DNA from: Eledone cirrhosa
Lineage: Eukaryota
Direction: 5' to 3'
NCBI GenBank assembly: GCA_964016885.1
Contig: OZ024745.1
Coordinates: forward strand, 89,838,001-89,902,000
DNA length: 64,000 nt
The notes under the pieces are model-generated. The model was not told where the DNA came from and did not search any database. It saw nothing but the letters and a program-made list of their open reading frames with translations. Shown here piece after piece: positions 56,608 through 64,000 of this stretch (within the stretch, counting starts at the first letter, position 1; each line of letters starts with the position of its first letter). The position numbers and the translations under genes are program-made.

Positions 56608-57345
56608 GCGCGAAGAAATACCCATGATTCCTAGTAGACAACTGATGACGAATACTCCTCTCTTTCTTCCGTAACTTTTATTTTTCATTATACTTATTTG
56701 AAACCACACAGATCGCCATTTTATTCATATAAGCTTCCTTCTTCGCTGTGACCCGTCTTTTATCTCTCCCCCCCCCCCTTGCTGCTATCCTCTCGCTCTC
56801 TCTCTCTCCCTTTTCTCTCCTTCTCCCTCTTACTTTCGCTCACCCCCTCTGCTAGTCACCTCTCGGCTAGCCTCCCTCTATAACTATCTCTTTCTCGCTT
56901 CCTCTTACGTTCACTTACACCCTCTCTGCTAGTCATCCTCTCTCCGCGCTAGCTCACTTTCAACCTAGTACACCACTGTACGCAGCCTCTTTTCTCGCTA
57001 ACACTGCTACGGCTAAGACGTGTCTTTTATCTCTCTCGTCAAAATTCGCCCGTTCTTATGTTCGAAATGAGTTGTTGACTTGATATTTTCCTTATTTTCC
57101 TCCCTTTACGTTGCTTCACCCTTCGTGTCTGTTTACATGTTTTTCTCCCCCTCCCCACCCTTTCTTTTATCCCAATAACTTATTTTAGCTATTGTTTCGC
57201 CCTAGGCTGAGATATGTTGTCTCTGACGCGAAGAAATACCTATGATTCCTAGTAGACAACTGATGACGGATACTCCTCTCTTTCGCCCGTAACTTTTATT
57301 TTTCATTATACTTATATGCAACCACACAGGTCGCCATTTTATTTA
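56608..57345 (+). repeat. Partial tandem repeat (618-bp period) with GUAAC motifs at 56636-56675 (5'-truncated) and 57213-57293
   Basis: 56608-56727 repeated at 57228-57345; CT-rich interior; (TA)n flanks. Confidence 0.78.
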
Positions 57346-57351
57346 TATATG

Positions 57352-57402
<51 letters not shown>

Positions 57403-57408
<6 letters not shown>

Positions 57409-58017
57409 CGTTTCTGAATTTGTTTAGCAAGATACTTTATCTGAAATCGTGTGTTGAAACCGATATTGTTATACTTTGGGAGGGTCATGTTGCCAATAAG
57501 AAACACACGCACCAGTTGCTTTCACTTCAATTTATTATATATTTATAAATTTATAAATTTACAAATCTACAAACTTATAAATTTCTGGTTGGTTGGTTGG
57601 TTCCACAACCAAATAGTTGTTTATATATAGTCATAGTCCTTTCGTCACACACTCTGTGACCTCTTCAGTGACTGGGGATTCCTTTCTTTGTTTCTGTGCC
57701 TTTCCTTTCTTCTATCCTACGCCATTTTGTTTCACACACAGAAACAAAATGGCGTAGGATAGAAGAAAGGAAAGGCACAGAAACAAAGAAAGGAATCCCC
57801 AGTCACTGAAGAGGTCACAGAGTGTGTGACGAAAGGACTATGACTATATATAAACAACTATCTGGTTGTGGAACCAGCCAACCAACCAGAAATTTATAAG
57901 TTTGTAGATTTGTAAATTTATAAATTTATAAATATATAATAAATTGAAGTGAAAGCAACTGGTGCGTGTGTTTCTTATTGGCAACATGACCCCCCCCCCC
58001 CCCAAAGTATAACAATA
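57403..58017. mobile_element. Fold-back of Neptune-like pLTR: ~270-bp arms with HHRs at 57629-57673 (-) and 57801-57845 (+)
   Basis: Centre TTTC-ACACACA-GAAA near 57737; matches 63585-63900; (TA)n flanks. Confidence 0.9.
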
Positions 58018-58239
58018 TATATATATATATATATATATAAACATGGGAGTGTAGTGAGAGAAAGACAGAAAAGTAAGATAAAGGGGGAGATTGATACACA
58101 GACAAATCAATAGGTATTCAGTGTAGCTATAGCTAATGTTACATCACCTTTAAGTAATAGTTGTTCTGGTGTAGATTTCTTTAATTAATTTAAACATTAA
58201 TCGAATGCTTATGTGTATGAACACATATGTATGTATGTA

Positions 58240-58650
58240 CTTCTAGTTTTATAATTTCACAAATTAGAGAGAGTCGGTTTCTAACATAGACACAAGACTC
58301 TCTCATCGGAATTTACACGACATCAACTAGGTAGTTGCATGCATGTGCAGCTATGTGTGCATGTGTATGTTTTGAAATGTATGCGTGCATGTGCATACGC
58401 TTTGTTATTAGATGCAACAATTTTGGAATATTTTACATATTTTTACTGTTCCATTAATGGATTGTACTTGTAATTTCCTAACTAGTTATGTTCTTTCTGT
58501 TCCTGTGAAGGAACTGATTTGTATTGAGGCAGTTACTAACATATCCCAGTGCTCCAATAATCACAGGCTTAAATCTGAAGGTATAATCAGGGTGGAGTAT
58601 CTGCAGGTTTCTCATTAGTTCTGCATAAATATTCTCCTTTTCACTAATCT
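58240..58650 (-). mobile_element. 3' fragment of R4/Dong-like element
   Basis: Minus strand reads EKENIYAELMRNLQILHPDY..PVIIGALG, homologous to 31150-31250. Confidence 0.75.
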
Positions 58651-58662
58651 AAGTATGTATAT

Positions 58663-59200
58663 GTCAGGTCACCAGTTGATGCTACTGGTAACTTGTATCC
58701 CAGTACAACCTTCTCATGGTCGGGTCGTTGGCGACTAAACTGGCAACCCCACCAAGGTTTCTTGGTGAGGAGGGTGACTTTGGACATCATGCAGGACTAA
58801 AAACAAAATCTGTCAAAGGGCAAAAGAGCTCTTAAGAGTCAATAGCCATCCAAAATCACCGGGAGAGATGACCCCTTAGCCTTTGTCAAGGCAGAATTCT
58901 AAGAGAAGGAAAACTCTGATATAACACCTGCAACCCTGATGGTATCCAATGAAGTTGACTTGTTCTTCTTTTTGGTAAATTTCATCTTGGTTAAGAGAGT
59001 GGGACTGGCTTTGTGCAGTGTCTTTGATCACTATAAAAGCTTCACGGCACATGCATTGCTTTATATCTGGAGATCTCTCTGCACTTGTCGTCACATGGTA
59101 CCATGGGCCCAGCACTATGTGTCAATAATTGTCACAAATGTAGTGTTTGTACCAGAGCTTTCAAGTCGCTGGCTGGACTAAAAAGTCACACACTTTCAGC
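58663..59200 (+). mobile_element. Family C RTE derivative lacking its 3' terminus
   Basis: Reverse complement of about 28815-29355. Confidence 0.9.
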
Positions 59201-59214
59201 GATCAGACCTCTTT

Positions 59215-62200
59215 CAGACCTTCAAGATAGTAAAGAATCATCTGTACTCTACCAACATGCTAAAATAGAACATACGAGTAAATTAGAGAACATAGAAATA
59301 AAAATAGAATCTACACACAGAAAAGACGCAATGTTTAGACAAATCACAGAGGCAATAAACATAAAAGAATTACAACCAAAATTAAATAGAAAACATGAGT
59401 GGAACAGCAACATCACAACTTACAATTAAGGACAAAATGAAAACACACACGCACATAGAACAAACAACCAACCTGTAACATGTAAATAAACAAATAAATA
59501 AACGAATATAAACACACACAGACACCCGGATGTGGCGCATGCGCAGACTGAGCACACAACACACACACAGAAACAAGATGACGTAGGACAGAACAAAGGA
59601 GAGGCACCAAAACAAAGAAAAGAATCCTCAGTCACTGAAGAGGTCACAGAATGTGTGACGAAAGAACTTTGACAATATATAAACAACCATCTGGTTATGG
59701 AACCAACCAGCCAACCGGAAATTTGTAAATTCCTAAATTTATAAATTTATTATAATAAATTGAAGTGAAAGCAACTGGTGCGTGTGTTTCTTATTGGCAA
59801 CATGACCCTCCCAAAGTATAACAATATCGGTTTCAACACACGTTTTCAGATAAAGAATCTTGCTAAACAAATTCAGAAACGAAATATCGTAAGCCTTAGC
59901 CAGGCTAACAAGATACTGAAAATCACCATGTTCTGTTGTCTTCGAAAAACAATAACATCTCGACCACTACACTTCATAAAAGAATGTGCCTCGTCCCGAG
60001 TTTACACCAACACCATCAACACCGATGTAAAAAGATTACAACTCACCAAAAAGCAAGCAGATAGGCTAAAACGAACACTAATTCTAAACATAAAAAAGAA
60101 GATCTATAGAGAATTAAGTCATCAATAAAACATAAGCGTAACCTAATACAAGAAATAACTAAGATCACCACACCAAGAGAAAAACTAATATTTATAAGTC
60201 TTATACGTCCTGAAGAACAGTACATTGTTCAAGAATGTGATAAGCACTTTAACAAGAAACTAAAGTGGCTTAAACAGATAAAACTAAATCAAGATATTTA
60301 GAGAATACCAATAGATATCCCGACAAAATTGACGGTATAAATATGGCCGACATCTCATTAACTGATGAGTTCAACAACAACAACACAAATATATACGGCA
60401 ACACAATGGTCGACTCTGATGAATTATCTGTATTACAACTGCCACCTAAGTATGCGACATTCAAGAAGGTAAATATGATTAGTTGTTTGTCAGAAATAGA
60501 AAAATCATTTACAAAATTACGTTGGAGCCTCAAAAACAAAAACAAAAACAAAAGTAACAACATACGCACACACATATACAACACACATCCCAACAACAAC
60601 AGACACACAGACACAAACAACAATAACAACAACACACACATCAACAATAATAACATACTCAGAAACAACAACAACAGACACGCAGACACAAACAACAATA
60701 ACAACACACACAACAATAATAACACACACGGAGACAACAACAACAACACACATCAACAACAGCACACATCAACAACAACAACACACACACATTCAATGCC
60801 TGTCACCACCACCACAATCTTAAACACACAGACACAGAAAACAGGTAAGGGCAGTAGCACAGAAATAAGGGAAGGTAATAGGATTGAAAGGAGAAGGGAG
60901 ACTATGGACAGAGAAAATAATCAAGACGAACACACAGACACACAAGATAGAGTAGATAATAACAATGAGCCAGAGGAAAGAGACAGGAGTAATAATGAGA
61001 GACATAGAAACAACCATGAGGCTGTTGGTGGAAATAGAAATAGAAACAACACAACTATCAATAACAATAGCACTAGTACATATAAAACAGCAGCCTGGAA
61101 CTCTACTTTTTATAATCCCTCCGATAAGTCGTTCGACCTGCGACGAGTCCACGCCACGACTTTACCATTTAACAAACGCACGCAATTGCCGTCGCAGATC
61201 GATGAACAAACAGAAGCACAATTTAGTATAGCTTGATCTAAACTTAGAAATATTATAGAACAGTATAGCAAGAAGCATAATAGAATGGAGGCCCAGCAAC
61301 TGGGAGAAAAATCTGCAAATGGCTTGCGTAAGCTCATGCAGCGCTCGCGTAATGGAGAGATAGCATGCTTTCCAACAGACAAGTCTGGCAGAATGTCGGT
61401 TGACAGTCTGCCAAACTACATCCAGGCAATGCAACCCCACATCACTAACACAAGAGAAGTAACACCACAAGAGCATGAGGATAGAGAAGAAGCCCTCAAT
61501 GCCCATATGGTGATGTGGACAAATATAATGCAGCCCAACAAAAGGACTGCCAACAACTTCCAGGCCTGGAACAATGACGTGCCAGCGTTGTATGGGCTTC
61601 GAAAAGACCATAAAACGGGCAGTGACCCTGTCACGGGACCGCCAACACGGCCAGTCTGTGGAGCTAACATTGCTAGTAACTACAGACTGTCCTACTTCTT
61701 CTCCCTTATCATACGCCCCATCATTGAAATGTCCCCAGATGTATATGACAGCACGGAGGACCTCCTCAGCAGAATCGGCGAGAGTAACCGATCTAGGGAC
61801 CTAACAAACTGCATAATAGGTAGTATGGATGTTGTGGCCCTGTATCCATCTATTGACGTGGATTTTGCTGTGGATAAATGCGTAGAAATGATCAGTGAGA
61901 GCAATGTTGAGTTCCGTGGGATTGATACCTATAGTAATAATTACCTAGACACATATGACCTTAGCAACCTGTGCCCTACAAGACCAGCAAGAGGCAGACC
62001 ACCTACCATTACCTCAATGGCCAAGAAAACCCACACAGATAGATGGAACGGGTGGACCAGAGCCATACGGACACCCGAAAACCACGATGAACTAAAGAAA
62101 ATGATTGCACATGCGGTGGGGGCCAGCATAAAATTAACCCTTAAGGAACATATGTTCAAATTTAATGGAAAAACATATGCCCAAGAGGAAGGAGCAGCCA

Positions 62201-63897
62201 TTGGTGTTAGCATTTCAGGCGCGATAGCCCACTTATTCATGGTATGGTGGGACAGTAGACTTAAACTTAAACCTAAAGAACAATTAGAAGACCACTTAAC
62301 CCTGATAATGTACTCCCGCTACGTTGATGATATAAACATCATAGTTAAAACGCCCCCACTAGAGAACAGTCAGGAATTAGAGAAAAACACAATGGAAAGC
62401 ATCCAGCAAATAGCTAACTCCATCCACCAGAGTATTAGAGTTACTATAGACTACCCAAGTAAACACCCCAACCATCGATTACCTGTACTAGACACGGAGC
62501 TCTGGTTAGATACCATTAATAACAAAAAACAAATCCTCCATTCCCATTATGCCAAACCCATGACTTCCAAATATCTGATCCACCGAAACTCAGCTGTTTC
62601 GGACCATACCAAAATCAACATACTGATTGCGGATTCGGTACGGGTGATGAGAAACGTGTCCCGCATGTGCAACCCCGAAGAACTAGAGAGACACATACAA
62701 CACTTCATCCACCGTATGCAGTTCTCTGGTTACAATCAGAGAGATAAAATCAGAGTGTATAGAGGAGCCAGAACCAAATGGGAAAAAATGGTAAATAATG
62801 ACACAAATGGGACCTGCCCCTTGTATAGGAGCAAATTTTGGAATAGAATAGAAAGAACTAGGAATAAGGCTAATAGAATAAACTCATGGTATGATAGCAA
62901 TAAATGCCAGAGTGTAATGTTCATCGATACAACCCCTAGAGGTGAATTAGCTTACAAATTTAGAAGGGCCCTAGATAAACATAAACTCAATATTAAGATA
63001 GTTGAAGGACCAGGTGCCTCCGTACAAACACTTATTAGCAAGATATACCCTTTTCAAAGACCCCTGTATAGATAAGAAATATATAACCTGTAAATTAAGT
63101 CTCCATATTAACTGTAAAACTAGAAATGTAGTATATAGCATAAGATGTACTGAAGGACAATGTAGAGACAAAAATATAGTGTACATAGGTGAGACAGCTC
63201 GTAGATTAGGGGAACAGATAAAGGAACACTGGCGAGACCTTGAAGATAGTAAAGAATCATCTGTACTCTACTAACATGCTAAAATAGAACATAAGGGTAA
63301 ATTAGAGAACATAGAAATAAAAATAGAATCTACACACAGAAAATACGCAATGTTTAGACAAATAACAGAGGCAATAAACATAAAAGAATTACAACCAACA
63401 TTAAATAGAAAACATGAGTGGAACAGCAACATCACAACTTACAATTAAGGACAAAATGAAAACACACACGCACATAGCACAAACAACCAACCTGTAACAT
63501 GTAAATAAACAAATAAATAAACGAATATAAACACACACAGACACCCGGATGTGGCGCATGCGCAGACTGAGCACACAACACACACACAGAAACAAGATGG
63601 CGTAGGACAGAAGAAAGGAGAGGCACAAAAACCAAGAAAATAATCCCCAGTCACTGAAGAGGTCACAGAATGTGTGACGAAAGAACTTTGACAATATATA
63701 AACAACCATATGGTTGTGGAACCAACCAACCAACCGGAAATTTGTAAATTCCTAAATTTATAAATTTATTATAATAAATTGCAGTGAAACAACTGGTGCG
63801 TGTGTTTCTTATTGGCAACATGACCCTCCCAAAGTATAACAATATTGGTTTCAACACACGTTTTCAGATAAAGAATCTTGCTAAACAAATTCAGAAA

Positions 63898-63900
<3 letters not shown>
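59215..63900 (+). mobile_element. Near full-length Neptune-like Penelope element in partial-tandem form; direct repeats 59215-59882 and 63236-63900; HHRs at 59631-59673 and 63650-63692
   Basis: Direct repeats flank an RT plus GIY-YIG ORF; ends in (TA)n. Confidence 0.93.
59928..63448 (+). pseudogene. Disrupted PLE polyprotein: (AAC)n-rich N-terminus, RT, Cys linker, GIY-YIG endonuclease; start approximate
   Basis: PTDKSG, LYGLRKDHK, PTRPV, SMDVVALYPSI, GAAIG, RYVDDI, LPVLD, NVVY..C..C..VYIGETAR; stop at 61234-61236 and frameshifts. Confidence 0.9.
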
Positions 63901-63950
<50 letters not shown>

Positions 63951-64000
63951 GTGAAGACTAAAATATGATCCCTAAGACTAATATAATCACTATCTAGAGG

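Overview
Eukaryotic, AT-rich, repeat-saturated DNA with no recognisable host gene. The tRNA-derived SINE and the (TA)n/(CATA)n microsatellite load point to an octopus or other cephalopod (inference). Layout: (1) 1-19,675 is a 36-bp tandem satellite (~520 monomers) with patchy higher-order duplications, one SINE and three Penelope-end hairpin insertions. (2) 20.6-31.5 kb is a pile-up in (CATA)n of RTE(BovB-like) LINEs, their internally deleted 5'+3' derivatives and R4/Dong-like fragments. (3) 32.4-58 kb is a dense field of short tandem or fold-back repeats between (TA)n tracts, most carrying a hammerhead ribozyme (HHR) or HHR-like motif, plus two truncated Penelope-like elements (PLEs) and an RTE. 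(4) 59.2-63.9 kb is a near full-length Neptune-like PLE. Main observations: over 20 HHR or HHR-like motifs from roughly a dozen families; two recurring non-canonical classes (CAGANGA core with NUU triplet, and a covarying CUGAUGAC...GUAAC three-way junction); a repeated long-arm/short-arm fold-back architecture; and a covarying structured 5' leader shared by three RTE families. All structures were folded by eye and none is tested.
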